From positions 56,591 to 120,590 of the IMG/VR virus record IMGVR_UViG_3300035696_000016: a DNA stretch of 64,000 nt, one strand, 5' to 3'. Below are positions 27,952 to 38,148 of the stretch, piece by piece. This DNA is from a virus. The notes under the pieces were generated by a model. The model was not told the DNA's origin and searched no databases. It saw only the letters and a list, made by a program, of their open reading frames with translations. Every line of letters starts with the position of its first letter. Within the stretch, counting starts at the first letter, position 1. Position numbers and translations under genes: made by a program.

Positions 27952-28650
27952 ATGGTTAATAATACAGAGCAGTTTAATCCAGATGGCTATTACAGAGAGC
28001 CGGAGCCTCGTAAAGCAACAGACATTCTTCTTGCATTAGAAAATAAGATAGATACGTTGCAAAAGCTTGTTTTTAATCAGGATATGTTGTTAAAATTAAT
28101 TGCCGATAAATCAAATAAAATATATGCATATATTAATGAATTACAAAAGGAATATAGTCAATCTGAACAAAATCAAGAGCAATTGGAAGATGATACGCCA
28201 AGGATTATTAACATAACAAATAAAGATCAGATTGTAGAAGCAAAGAATATTGATATTGGTAGCCGTCGTATTAATCGGGTGCCGTCAGATGCACAAGTTC
28301 AGCAGCCAGCAATTATTGCAATTCCCAATACGCCATCAGAAAAAACGCAGCAGCCTTCCGTTTCAACAGGGAATAAAAAAGTTCCAGTAATTCAAAGAGT
28401 ATCTGATCCGACAGGTAAAGATTTATTTATGGCCACAGTTAATATACTAGATGAAAATGGTAATGAGATTCATAAAACTAAAACTAATGCAGCAGGTAAA
28501 TGGCAAGCAACACTTAAGCCCGGAGAATATGAAGTTAAAATAACTAAAACAGACACAACGTCTAAAAAGATATTAGAAGGAATACAGAAAATTAAAGTTC
28601 CAGCATCAAATTCAACATTTACATTACCGGTTGTAATTATTCAGAGATAA
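27952..28650 (+). CDS. hypothetical protein with C-terminal prealbumin/carboxypeptidase-regulatory-like domain
   Basis: ATVNILD..G....TKTN..G......LKPGEYEVKI. Confidence 0.55.
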   Translation: MVNNTEQFNPDGYYREPEPRKATDILLALENKIDTLQKLVFNQDMLLKLIADKSNKIYAYINELQKEYSQSEQNQEQLEDDTPRIINITNKDQIVEAKNIDIGSRRINRVPSDAQVQQPAIIAIPNTPSEKTQQPSVSTGNKKVPVIQRVSDPTGKDLFMATVNILDENGNEIHKTKTNAAGKWQATLKPGEYEVKITKTDTTSKKILEGIQKIKVPASNSTFTLPVVIIQR

Positions 28651-28654
28651 TAAA

Positions 28655-28990
28655 ATGATTGATGGGTATTCAGACGCAAATAATGTTTTAGTTGAAAAAT
28701 ATGAAAAGATGCAGGAACTTTTTGATACACAGATAAAAATCTCAAAAGAATTAGTTGATGTATCAGAAGAGTTGAAATTAGTTCCAGATATGCCAAAAGA
28801 TTTAGAAAAATGGATTGATAGTATACCAAATGAAAATAGTAAATTTAGATTGACAGATTTTAATAAATTGTTTAAGATTGGTAGAAAATACGAGAAACTG
28901 GTTGAAAAGCGAAAAGAAAACGATCAAAAAATAAAAATATTAGTGATTGATAATCTAATTGATAGAATAAATGAGATATTAGGAAAATGA
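28655..28990 (+). CDS. hypothetical protein
   Basis: 111-aa ORF in the operon. Confidence 0.6.
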   Translation: MIDGYSDANNVLVEKYEKMQELFDTQIKISKELVDVSEELKLVPDMPKDLEKWIDSIPNENSKFRLTDFNKLFKIGRKYEKLVEKRKENDQKIKILVIDNLIDRINEILGK

Positions 28991-29649
28991 AGTTTCAAGT
29001 TATAGTTTCAGACCCGCCGTGGGGTGCGTTCAAAGATAAATTAAAAATGTCAGATGTTAAACGCGGTGCCGAAGCGAATTACAATGGCACCATGAAGACT
29101 AATAGTATATGTAATCTTCCAGTTAGTCAAATTGCTGATCCAAACGGATGTGTTCTCGCATTATGGGTTCCGTCATCAATTTTACAAGATGGTATGGATG
29201 TTATGAATGCGTGGGGATTTAAGCAAAAGCAAACATATGTATGGTGTAAATCAAAAAAAGAGACTTCGATTTATGAGTTATTGAATGTTGCAGGATTCCG
29301 CGATAAAGTAAAATATATAATGGAAAATCTATTGTCATTCGGTATGGGTAGATTATTCCGCCAATCACACGAGATATGTCTTATTGGTATCAATAATACA
29401 GGGATATATAAACAATTGGAAAATCATTCCCAGCGTTCGGTATCATTCGGACAAAACCTAAAACATTCAGCAAAACCAGAACATTTACAGGATTCACTCG
29501 ATCGAATGTTTCCGTCGCCAAAAGATGGCTCAATTAATCGTCTCGAAATGTTCGCAAGACGTGAGCGAAAGGGATGGATTACGCTCGGAAATGAAATACC
29601 GCCATATGAGGATATAAGAGTATCATTAGAAAAATTAATCAATGGATAA
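28987..29649 (+). CDS. MT-A70 family N6-adenine methyltransferase
   Basis: VSDPPW, LALWV, AWGF, HSAKP, LEMFARR. Confidence 0.9.
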   Translation: MKFQVIVSDPPWGAFKDKLKMSDVKRGAEANYNGTMKTNSICNLPVSQIADPNGCVLALWVPSSILQDGMDVMNAWGFKQKQTYVWCKSKKETSIYELLNVAGFRDKVKYIMENLLSFGMGRLFRQSHEICLIGINNTGIYKQLENHSQRSVSFGQNLKHSAKPEHLQDSLDRMFPSPKDGSINRLEMFARRERKGWITLGNEIPPYEDIRVSLEKLING

Positions 29650-30151
29650 CAAGAAAACATTACTGCTAAATTACACAGATGAAATTATTGCATTCATAAA
29701 AGAAAAGAAAGCACTAAGATTAGTGTATAAAGGAAAAGCGGACGTTATATCAGTATGGGAAAACATAAGGTTTCGTGTCAGCACGGGCGTTATGTGCTTA
29801 CCGGCAGTAATAAAACTTAAATATTATGTGTATCGCAAGTTTTCTAAAATAGTTTTCTCACGGTTAAATGTATTAAAAAGAGATAAGTATAGTTGTCAAT
29901 ATTGTGGTAAAGTCTTAAAATCAACATTAGCAACAATTGATCATGTTTTACCTAAGGCATTAGGTGGTCAATACACGTTCGAAAATTGTGTTGTTGCTTG
30001 TAAAAAGTGTAATTCAAAGAAAAGTAGTAAGACATTAGAAGAATCAGGAATGAAATTAATTAGAGAGCCATGTATCCCGTCCGAACATATGCATTATATG
30101 TCCGTCGAGGATGGTTGGCATGACACTTGGAGTAAATATATTACAAAATAA
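29642..30151 (+). CDS. HNH endonuclease (McrA-like)
   Basis: RDKYSCQYCG, TIDHVLP..GG, N.VVACKKCN.KK. Confidence 0.9.
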   Translation: MDNKKTLLLNYTDEIIAFIKEKKALRLVYKGKADVISVWENIRFRVSTGVMCLPAVIKLKYYVYRKFSKIVFSRLNVLKRDKYSCQYCGKVLKSTLATIDHVLPKALGGQYTFENCVVACKKCNSKKSSKTLEESGMKLIREPCIPSEHMHYMSVEDGWHDTWSKYITK

Positions 30152-30183
30152 AGGAAAATCTTAACTTAATAAATCAATAACTC

Positions 30184-30205
30184 GCCATCAATATATATTG
30201 ATGGC
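30184..30205. repeat. perfect 22-bp palindrome GCCATCAATATATATTGATGGC
   Basis: Read directly; upstream of the 27-aa peptide gene. Confidence 0.85.
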
Positions 30206-30234
30206 AATTAATGCCCTCAAAAAGGAGGTGATTC

Positions 30235-30318
30235 ATGGCTGCTAAAAAGACAAAGTCTACAAAGACTACAAAAACAAAAAAAAGTTCCCCTAAAAAAGGA
30301 AAAAAATCAAGCAAGTAA
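30235..30318 (+). CDS. 27-aa Lys-rich, histone-H1-tail-like peptide (not in ORF track)
   Basis: AAGGAGGTGA SD; MAAKKTKSTKTTKTKKSSPKKGKKSSK*; terminator follows. Confidence 0.75.
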   Translation: MAAKKTKSTKTTKTKKSSPKKGKKSSK

Positions 30319-30333
30319 TTGCTCGATAGCATG

Positions 30334-30372
30334 AATAGGACGCAATAGTAAAATGTTGCGTCCTATTTTTTT
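30334..30372 (+). terminator. Rho-independent terminator
   Basis: AATAGGACGCAA / TTGCGTCCTATT 12-bp stem followed by a T run. Confidence 0.85.
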
Positions 30373-30387
30373 ACATAGGTAAATAAT

Positions 30388-30609
30388 ATGTTTTGTCCAT
30401 CATGTTCAAAATTAGCAGTATTGGCAACACAAAGAACTTGTCTTCGTTGTCAGGGGAAAATACTTAATAACCTATCTTGTATATGTGATAAATGTTCGTC
30501 CGAAAACAAAATGTGCTCAATATGTTTAAAAAGAATAACTAATAAATTGGACGCTAACAATAACTTAATAGTTCCGCGTGGCTGCAAAGCCTGCGGTGGT
30601 GGCAGGTAA
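30388..30609 (+). CDS. small multi-CxxC zinc-binding protein
   Basis: Five CxxC pairs in 73 aa. Confidence 0.65.
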   Translation: MFCPSCSKLAVLATQRTCLRCQGKILNNLSCICDKCSSENKMCSICLKRITNKLDANNNLIVPRGCKACGGGR

Positions 30610-30666
30610 AAATTATTTTTTTCGTGGGTTGCGTAAATTAAAAGTTTTGATTAAATTAGCAGTAAG

Positions 30667-31188
30667 ATGATTATTACTGATGAAAAAATATTAAGGATGC
30701 CATGTTCTGATGCTACTGAAAACGAAGTGGGAAGCATTGTAGAGCAATTAGAACGTGAGTTAGAATATAGTGGTCGTATGGGCAGACCCGGCATTGGACT
30801 ATCAGCTATTCAAATAGGGATTCATAAAAATATTGCCATTGTTCGTGTAGATATTAATCATAGTGTTAATTTAGTGAATTGTAAAATTCAAAATAAATAC
30901 GATGAATTTAAGTTTATGAAAGAAGGATGTCTATCGTTCCCTAATCTGGTTGGGGATACAGCCAGATATAATGAAATTCATATCACAGATAATTTAATGT
31001 ATCCATATGCTATGATTTTAACTGGTATAATGGCAGTGGTTGCTCAACATGAAATAGATCACTGGAATAATCGTCTTTTACCAGATTTTATTTTACCAGA
31101 AGAAAAAAAAGTAAAATTGCGACCCAATGATATATGTTTTTGTGGATCTAAAATAAAATTTAAACGATGTCATGGAAAAGGAAAGTAG
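30667..31188 (+). CDS. def: peptide deformylase with C-terminal SEC-C motif
   Basis: GIGLSAIQIG, EGCLS, QHEIDH; PNDICFCGS..KFKRCHG. Confidence 0.92.
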   Translation: MIITDEKILRMPCSDATENEVGSIVEQLERELEYSGRMGRPGIGLSAIQIGIHKNIAIVRVDINHSVNLVNCKIQNKYDEFKFMKEGCLSFPNLVGDTARYNEIHITDNLMYPYAMILTGIMAVVAQHEIDHWNNRLLPDFILPEEKKVKLRPNDICFCGSKIKFKRCHGKGK

Positions 31189-31189
31189 A

Positions 31190-31378
31190 ATGAATATAGG
31201 TAATAAAGAAGTAGATTTATTAATTGCTGATTTAATAATACGTGTTAATGCCATTGAACATATTTTAATAAGTAAAAATGTTTGCACAGCAGATGATCTA
31301 CTTAAACAAGTTAAAGAAATATCTGAAAGCGTTGTTAAGTTTTTACAACAAAAACAAGAAAATGAAAATAAAAATTAA
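31190..31378 (+). CDS. hypothetical protein
   Basis: ATG 31190 right after the def stop. Confidence 0.55.
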   Translation: MNIGNKEVDLLIADLIIRVNAIEHILISKNVCTADDLLKQVKEISESVVKFLQQKQENENKN

Positions 31379-31381
31379 TAG

Positions 31382-31675
31382 ATGAAGTTTTTAACATCGG
31401 AAATTGAATTAAATATTAATAAAAAAGTTATATTATGTTTTTATTCTTCTGAATTATGCGATTCGATATCAGCTATGTTTTTTGATATTATATCAGAAAT
31501 ACAATCTAATATAGAAATATTATGTATAGATATTATATATTTTAATAATATTGGAAAAAGATTCGGAATAATAGAAATACCATCATTAATATTAATAGAT
31601 AACGGAAAAGAATTAAATAGAATAACTGGTCTATTGTCTAAAAAAGATTTAGATTTATTTTTAAACAGGAAGTAA
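31382..31675 (+). CDS. thioredoxin-fold protein lacking CxxC
   Basis: VILCFYS, IDI, FGI.EIPSLIL..NGKE..RI.G. Confidence 0.65.
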   Translation: MKFLTSEIELNINKKVILCFYSSELCDSISAMFFDIISEIQSNIEILCIDIIYFNNIGKRFGIIEIPSLILIDNGKELNRITGLLSKKDLDLFLNRK

Positions 31676-31680
31676 TTGTT

Positions 31681-32019
31681 ATGAAGCCAAAAAAGGAGCA
31701 GAAAATGTCAGATAAGAAAATAGCAAGTCATTCATTACCACAATCAGCACAGCAAAAAACCCCGACAGAGGGTGATAAAATCTGGGATGAGATAAAAAAT
31801 AAAGAAGTTTTAATGTTTGCAATTCCAAATCAAATAGTTAACAAATATTGTGAGCCAATTCCACTAGATCCATCAAAATGTTTTCTGAAATATAAAGTTT
31901 CAGCATTCATACCAGCGTTAGAGGTTGCCATAGGTGCAAATCAAAAAAACTCTAAATATAATTTAGAGGTTCAAGGCGATTATATTGTAGTTTCAAGGAA
32001 TAATGTCATCGGTAAATAA
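31681..32019 (+). CDS. hypothetical protein
   Basis: ORF in the operon. Confidence 0.6.
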   Translation: MKPKKEQKMSDKKIASHSLPQSAQQKTPTEGDKIWDEIKNKEVLMFAIPNQIVNKYCEPIPLDPSKCFLKYKVSAFIPALEVAIGANQKNSKYNLEVQGDYIVVSRNNVIGK

Positions 32020-32449
32020 TAAAAAAAAGGGATTGAAGATAAATAATGAAAAATCATCAATCCCACAACCTAAGCCAGATACATCTGCTGCTTTTAATGT
32101 AGCAGCAGATAAGGCTTATTCAAGAATCGAAGAATATAAGCAAAGAAGTTTTGATCTTGGAACTAGATTTAAATCTATAATAGAAGATCGTAAACTGGCA
32201 ATTAATAAAACCCAAATCAATAAAGATATTGAAATGGAAATTTTAAATAAATTAATATTCCTTGCCAATGATCTTAATACGGATGAAACGCAGCCAGAAG
32301 GTGCTGGCGGCACAGCATTAGCAATGCTTATTATGAAAATGATGCTCTCTCAAAGAGATCTTATTAATGAGCTTGCATTTAAAATAGAAAAAATAGAAAA
32401 GATGTTTAATGTGCTGGTGGAACAAAACAAAACAAACCAATCAACGTAA
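32003..32449 (+). CDS. hypothetical protein
   Basis: ORF in the operon. Confidence 0.6.
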   Translation: MSSVNNKKKGLKINNEKSSIPQPKPDTSAAFNVAADKAYSRIEEYKQRSFDLGTRFKSIIEDRKLAINKTQINKDIEMEILNKLIFLANDLNTDETQPEGAGGTALAMLIMKMMLSQRDLINELAFKIEKIEKMFNVLVEQNKTNQST

Positions 32450-32527
32450 TCATAAAATGATCACAAAAGAGATAATTCTCAATTTAATTACAGAAGAAAA
32501 AGAACAATATTCTTCTTATATAACATT

Positions 32528-33136
32528 ATGTCAAAAATACAATATAAATCCGAACGAAATAGCAACGATTCAGCACAAAACGAAGGTTGGAGTGTTGGAG
32601 CAAATGATAAAGATGCTATAAAGTTACTTATTCAGCGGGCTAATACCGCTGATATAATGACGATTTTTAAATCGTATGGAATTAATTTTGATGGATATGG
32701 TTTGGGGGCTTTAACTAAAATATGTTGCCCATTACCCGGTCATAATGATCGTAGCCCATCATTCTACTATTACAGTGAAACTAAATCATTTAATTGTTTT
32801 GGATGTCATAGAGGCGGGAAAGCGGTTCAATTAGTTTCACATATGGAAAATTTAACTGCTGAACAAGCAGCAAAAAAAATAGTAGATAATTATTATGTTG
32901 ATAATACGGTAGAATTAAACAATAATAAAGATTATTTTGATAGGCAATTAGCTATTTTAGATTTTTCATCAAAAATAAGATCATTCATATCTGATAATGC
33001 TCACGATCATGAAGCAATAAAGTATGCAGAAAAATTAACTCTGGTATATGATTCTATGATAGAAAAGCATACATTAGAAATAGATGGTTTAAAAAAATTA
33101 ATTGATAAACTTGGAAAGAAATTAGAAGTATATTAA
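32528..33136 (+). CDS. stand-alone CHC2 zinc-finger protein (DnaG zinc-binding domain-like)
   Basis: CPLPGHNDRSPSF....FNCFGC..GG. Confidence 0.82.
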   Translation: MSKIQYKSERNSNDSAQNEGWSVGANDKDAIKLLIQRANTADIMTIFKSYGINFDGYGLGALTKICCPLPGHNDRSPSFYYYSETKSFNCFGCHRGGKAVQLVSHMENLTAEQAAKKIVDNYYVDNTVELNNNKDYFDRQLAILDFSSKIRSFISDNAHDHEAIKYAEKLTLVYDSMIEKHTLEIDGLKKLIDKLGKKLEVY

Positions 33137-34323
33137 TGAATAATAAATCAATCATTTTGGGGGATCCGCATCTGGGTGCTCAATCAGTGTCTGGTAAGCC
33201 GGTTATTGGAAATCAATTAAATTCAAGGGTTATAGATCAATTTAAGATTTTAGATTGGGTATTAGATCAAGCAATTGATAATAATATACATTGTATAATC
33301 ATAACAGGTGATCTTTTTGATGTTCCTACCCCTAGTAGTTCTATTATTGTCTTGTTGATTGAATGGTTGAAGCGATGTTCAGATTTAGCAATTACCGTTC
33401 ATATTTTGCTTGGAAATCATGATCTTTTACGATCTGGACAACATCAAGTGTCTGCATTAGATATTATTGTTGCGAGTGAAATAGAACATATATTCATTCA
33501 TAAAACTATTAACACGATACATATGGATGGGGTTTCTTATACGATGTTTCCGTTTCGTGATAGACGGTCATTTAATGTTTCCACACACGATGAGGCAGTA
33601 AGTATATTACAAAATAGATTACCGTATGAACTTACAGAAATTGATCGAAACAATTTACGCGTATGTATTGGACACCTCGCGTTAGAAGGCTCCATCCCAG
33701 CATTGAATGAAATTGATGATTCGATAAATGAATTGTTTTGTCCAATAAATATGTTTAAGGATTATGATTATACGTTTTTTGGTCATATACATAAACCACA
33801 AATATTGAACGAAAGCCCGTTCGTTGCTCATATAGGTAGCATGGATGTTTCTAACTTCGGCGAGAGCGGTCAAGATAAATATATAGTTATTATAGATCCG
33901 GATAATTCACCTCATCATACATATGTTCGTGTGCCTACACGTCAATTAAATCAAATATCTATATCCGTTCCTGATACTATCACAGATGCAACGGCTTACG
34001 TTCTTAAAGAATTAAAAGACAATAAACAAGACTTGGCTAAATCAATCGTAAAACTTAATATCACATTAGATAGTTCAGATGTTGTTAACGTTGATCGTGG
34101 AGTTATAGAAAAGTATCTAAATGATCTAGGAACGTTTCACGTATCAAGAATTAGTGAGGAACGTAAAGTTTCAGCAATAAAGAAAAATACAGAATTAGAT
34201 GGGATAAATAATACAATAAATCCAGCAACAGCTATTAAATTGTATGCAGAAGAAAATATCGAACAAGATATAAAAGATGAGTTCATAATGCTTGCTAACG
34301 AAATTGTAAGAGAAACGGCATGA
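33136..34323 (+). CDS. sbcD: SbcD/Mre11-like nuclease
   Basis: GDPHLG, TGDLFD, GNHD, GH, FGHIH; adjacent to SbcC. Confidence 0.88.
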   Translation: MNNKSIILGDPHLGAQSVSGKPVIGNQLNSRVIDQFKILDWVLDQAIDNNIHCIIITGDLFDVPTPSSSIIVLLIEWLKRCSDLAITVHILLGNHDLLRSGQHQVSALDIIVASEIEHIFIHKTINTIHMDGVSYTMFPFRDRRSFNVSTHDEAVSILQNRLPYELTEIDRNNLRVCIGHLALEGSIPALNEIDDSINELFCPINMFKDYDYTFFGHIHKPQILNESPFVAHIGSMDVSNFGESGQDKYIVIIDPDNSPHHTYVRVPTRQLNQISISVPDTITDATAYVLKELKDNKQDLAKSIVKLNITLDSSDVVNVDRGVIEKYLNDLGTFHVSRISEERKVSAIKKNTELDGINNTINPATAIKLYAEENIEQDIKDEFIMLANEIVRETA

Positions 34324-36476
34324 AACCTTTAAAATTAACTATTAAAGATTTTTGTGGTCATAGTAATAGCGAGATCGATTTTGATAATTTTAATTGTGCG
34401 TTGATAACTGGTAAAATAAGAGGCAACGAACGCGGAAGTAATGGCGCTGGTAAATCGACTATTTTCGCGGCTATTCGTTTTGTTTTATTTAATCAAACTG
34501 ATTATTCATCGCTCGATAAAATCATAAGAAAAACAACAAATAAATGCATAGTTTCATTAGATTTTATATCAAGTTTTGATAATGAAACATATCGTATCAT
34601 TCGTTCTCGTAATATAAAAACCGGCTCAGATGTCCGTCTTTTTCGCAAAGAAAATGATGATTGGACAGATCTTACAGCTAGAACTAACTCGCAAACAGAG
34701 CAAGAAATACAGAAAATAATTAAAATAAACTATAAGACATTTTGTAATTCTGCATTTTTTGGCCAAATGGATCTAACAGGATTAGCATCATCAACGCCAT
34801 CAGCTCGTAAAAAGATTTTAAAAGAGATTTTAGATTTAAGCGTATATTCCAAATATGAAAAACTTGCAAGTAAAAAAACATCTGATTTATTAAAAGAAAT
34901 TGATAAAGCAAAAACTATTCTTTCGACCATTGGCTCACCTGAAATTGATATCCAGCAGTTCAATTCTGAATTGTTAGAGCTATCAGCATTAACAATAAAC
35001 AAAAGTAATTCATTGTTAGTTCTTAAAGAAAAATATGATGTTGAAAATAACAAGCATCTTTCTTCGACCAAACAGTTAGAAATAATTGAAAAAGATATAA
35101 AAGAATATATACTTAAATTTAAGTTATTAGAGAATGAAACTGCCAAATCTTTCAATATACAGGAAGAATATAAAAAGAAGCTATTGTCCATTAAGGATGT
35201 TGGTAGTTCCCTCATAAAAGAAGTTAAAGATATTAAAAATGATATATCTAAAATTGATCTTTCAGTCTTTCGAACAAAAGATATAATAAAACAGGATATT
35301 GAGAATCTTTCGAAAGAAGTTATTGAAAAGAAGTCATTAATAAGTTATTCTAATTCTAAACTAACTGAATTAAAAATACCATTGCCATCAGGCGGGCAAT
35401 GCAAGCATTGTCGTAGAATAATAACAGAAGATGAAGTAAAGTCTTGTCAAGAAGCAATAGATAATGAAATCAGCGAACATATAAATAAAATCAAGTCTTT
35501 TCAAGAAGGCTTATTATTATTAAGCGGTCAAGATAAAAAATTAAAAGAAGAATTGCAGCAATTAGAAAATGCAACAATATCACTAACATATAAAAAACAA
35601 CAGTTAGAAAATAAAGAAAAAGAAATAGAAACTAAAAAATCAGTTTTTGTTGAGTTCAATGATCTTTTAGAAAAAGCAAAAATAGAGTATGAAAATAAAA
35701 AACAAGAGTTAGATATATTAAAATCAAATAAGCCACAAGATAACTCAGATATCATAAATAATCTAAAACTAGAAATATCTAATATAAAAAATAAATTATA
35801 TTCAATATCACAAGAAATAGAAATAATAAATAAAGAGTTAGCATTAATATCAAATAAAACAGCAGTTCTAAATCATAAAGTAGAACAACGAACATTAGAT
35901 ATTATAAAAATAAAAGACCATAAAGAAAATATATCGGTCTTAGAAAAGAAATATGCTATTCACGGCAAAGTTGTTTCGGCGTTCGGTAGTAAAGGTATTC
36001 CTGCGTTAATCACACAAACTATACTAGATGATTTTATGTATGAGACAAATCAATACATATCTAAATTACATCCCGGTATTGTTTTGCAATTTTTAATTGA
36101 GAAAGAGCGAACTGATGGTGATAAGGACGACACGCTCGATATTCAATTTTTAATGAACAACGATACGTTCGAGTACGAACAGCTATCAGGCGCCCAGAAA
36201 CTAATTGTAGCGTTAGCCTTACGCCTTGGATTGGCTTCCGTACTTACCAAGCGCCTTGGGGTCTCGATGCAAATGTTGCTCATTGACGAGGTGGATCAAT
36301 GTCTAGATGATATAAATGTAGAGTTATTCGAAGAAGCAATAAAGAAACTTAGTCAGGAAATGAAGGTTCTCGTAATAACTCACAATAAAGAACTGAAAGC
36401 AAAATTTAATCACGTTATAGTAGTAGAGCAGGATGAAAACTTCGTATCGACAGCAAAGGTAGCAAATGATTGGTAA
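34320..36476 (+). CDS. sbcC: SbcC/Rad50-like SMC ATPase
   Basis: NGAGKST Walker A, coiled coil with CKHC hook, LSGAQ, LLIDE, VITH. Confidence 0.9.
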   Translation: MKPLKLTIKDFCGHSNSEIDFDNFNCALITGKIRGNERGSNGAGKSTIFAAIRFVLFNQTDYSSLDKIIRKTTNKCIVSLDFISSFDNETYRIIRSRNIKTGSDVRLFRKENDDWTDLTARTNSQTEQEIQKIIKINYKTFCNSAFFGQMDLTGLASSTPSARKKILKEILDLSVYSKYEKLASKKTSDLLKEIDKAKTILSTIGSPEIDIQQFNSELLELSALTINKSNSLLVLKEKYDVENNKHLSSTKQLEIIEKDIKEYILKFKLLENETAKSFNIQEEYKKKLLSIKDVGSSLIKEVKDIKNDISKIDLSVFRTKDIIKQDIENLSKEVIEKKSLISYSNSKLTELKIPLPSGGQCKHCRRIITEDEVKSCQEAIDNEISEHINKIKSFQEGLLLLSGQDKKLKEELQQLENATISLTYKKQQLENKEKEIETKKSVFVEFNDLLEKAKIEYENKKQELDILKSNKPQDNSDIINNLKLEISNIKNKLYSISQEIEIINKELALISNKTAVLNHKVEQRTLDIIKIKDHKENISVLEKKYAIHGKVVSAFGSKGIPALITQTILDDFMYETNQYISKLHPGIVLQFLIEKERTDGDKDDTLDIQFLMNNDTFEYEQLSGAQKLIVALALRLGLASVLTKRLGVSMQMLLIDEVDQCLDDINVELFEEAIKKLSQEMKVLVITHNKELKAKFNHVIVVEQDENFVSTAKVANDW

Positions 36477-37059
36477 TCAAATAAGAGTAGCGATATCTGG
36501 GAAAGCTCGATCAGGTAAAAATCTAATTGCTGAATTGCTAATAAAACATCTTAATTTAAATATAAATGAATATAGAATTAGGGCATTCGCCGATCCAATG
36601 AAAGAAATTGTGAAGATTATGTTTCCAAATGCTGATAACGAATGTCTATATGGTGCAAGCCAATTAAGATCTAATATTATAGATACAATCTATAATGATG
36701 AAAATAATGAATATCTAACATATAGAAAAGCATTAACTGATCTTGGTAAACAGGCACGTAAATATAACAAAGATATATGGATATATAATTTTGATTATGA
36801 TCTTAGGAAGAACACGCATATGCACGCGTACGTATGCTCGGATGCAAGATTTTTAAATGAAATAGAATATCTAAAAGATAGGCAATTTTATTTAATTAGG
36901 GTTTTGCGAAATGGAACAGATATTGGAAAAGATGTTTCTGAGACAGAACAAGATGCTATACCAGACAGTGTTTTTGATAAAGTAATTCATAATGATTATT
37001 CTATTGAACAGTTCTCAGAAGAGGTAAAGCAGATAGTAGAGGAATTGCGTATAAAATAG
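36466..37059 (+). CDS. deoxynucleoside monophosphate kinase
   Basis: SGKARSGKN, FADPMK, SDARF.NE, SE. Confidence 0.85.
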   Translation: MIGNQIRVAISGKARSGKNLIAELLIKHLNLNINEYRIRAFADPMKEIVKIMFPNADNECLYGASQLRSNIIDTIYNDENNEYLTYRKALTDLGKQARKYNKDIWIYNFDYDLRKNTHMHAYVCSDARFLNEIEYLKDRQFYLIRVLRNGTDIGKDVSETEQDAIPDSVFDKVIHNDYSIEQFSEEVKQIVEELRIK

Positions 37060-37071
37060 TATTATACTACG

Positions 37072-38091
37072 ATGTCAATTATTAGTATTACGATTACGGC
37101 AAGTCCTACGCAAACAATTCCGGGTATACCAGACACTATTGCATTAAGCACAAATGAGCCAAGTACTATATTTTTTACGTTAGATGGATCGGTTCCAAAT
37201 CTTTCTTCTCCAATTTATATAGTTCCAATTGTTATGCCACAAACTCTTCTAACGGTTGTATTAAGTGTATTCGCAACAAATGGTGTAGATAATTCTGCAA
37301 TAATCACACAAACGTATTCTACAACACCAAGTCAGCTACCACCATTCGAAGCAGGTGCCAGAGTTTCACGTTCAGCCATAACAAATTTAAATAATTCAAG
37401 CACATCTAATAGTTTATATCCATTCGGTACAGATGGACCAAATCCTAATTTTCAATATCTTGGAACACAAAATGCTGGTATAACTATATATGATCAATCA
37501 GAACCTGCAACACCGACTGGTTTTGATGGAAATGGAAACCCGGCTGGATTTATTAATAATCCGACCATAGATAAACAATTTAAACAAATATACTCGACAA
37601 CTAATTCTGAAGGTGAAGTATATCCGGGTGTTGGTAATCTTCCATCAACCACAAGAATAATTGGTAAAAACACTCCAATGGAGTACATACAAGAACAAAG
37701 TAGTACAGCTGATAAAATTTTTAATCCAAAAGCATTGGTGATTTACCAAAATACACAAAATGAAGACCCTACAAATCCCGTTATAATTAATAGAGGTGAT
37801 TTTTCATTAGAAAATACTGAAATAGTAAAAGATGGTGTTTTATTAATGAATGGGGCATTAGATAGTCCACCGACACAAGGATCTTTCGTTCGTCGTGAAT
37901 ATAATCCAAGAACAAATACTTTTACTTGTTATTATAGAGATAATACAGTAAATCGTTGGATTATATCTACGTACCCATATCAACCAACAAAACAAAACGT
38001 TGGAGCATTATATCAAATGGTATTCCCAAGAGATCAGGGTGTTGGAATGGTATTCAAGTGGGTATGGAATCAGCGGGTTGTGCTTCACTAA
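37072..38091 (+). CDS. hypothetical protein with FN3-associated/chitobiase-C-like N-terminal domain (putative virion protein)
   Basis: TIFFTLDGSVP..SS.IY..PI; T/N/P-rich. Confidence 0.55.
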   Translation: MSIISITITASPTQTIPGIPDTIALSTNEPSTIFFTLDGSVPNLSSPIYIVPIVMPQTLLTVVLSVFATNGVDNSAIITQTYSTTPSQLPPFEAGARVSRSAITNLNNSSTSNSLYPFGTDGPNPNFQYLGTQNAGITIYDQSEPATPTGFDGNGNPAGFINNPTIDKQFKQIYSTTNSEGEVYPGVGNLPSTTRIIGKNTPMEYIQEQSSTADKIFNPKALVIYQNTQNEDPTNPVIINRGDFSLENTEIVKDGVLLMNGALDSPPTQGSFVRREYNPRTNTFTCYYRDNTVNRWIISTYPYQPTKQNVGALYQMVFPRDQGVGMVFKWVWNQRVVLH

Positions 38092-38148
38092 ATTAAAACT
38101 AATATGTCCCTACTTACACTATAAAACCTACTGATATATTATAGTAGA

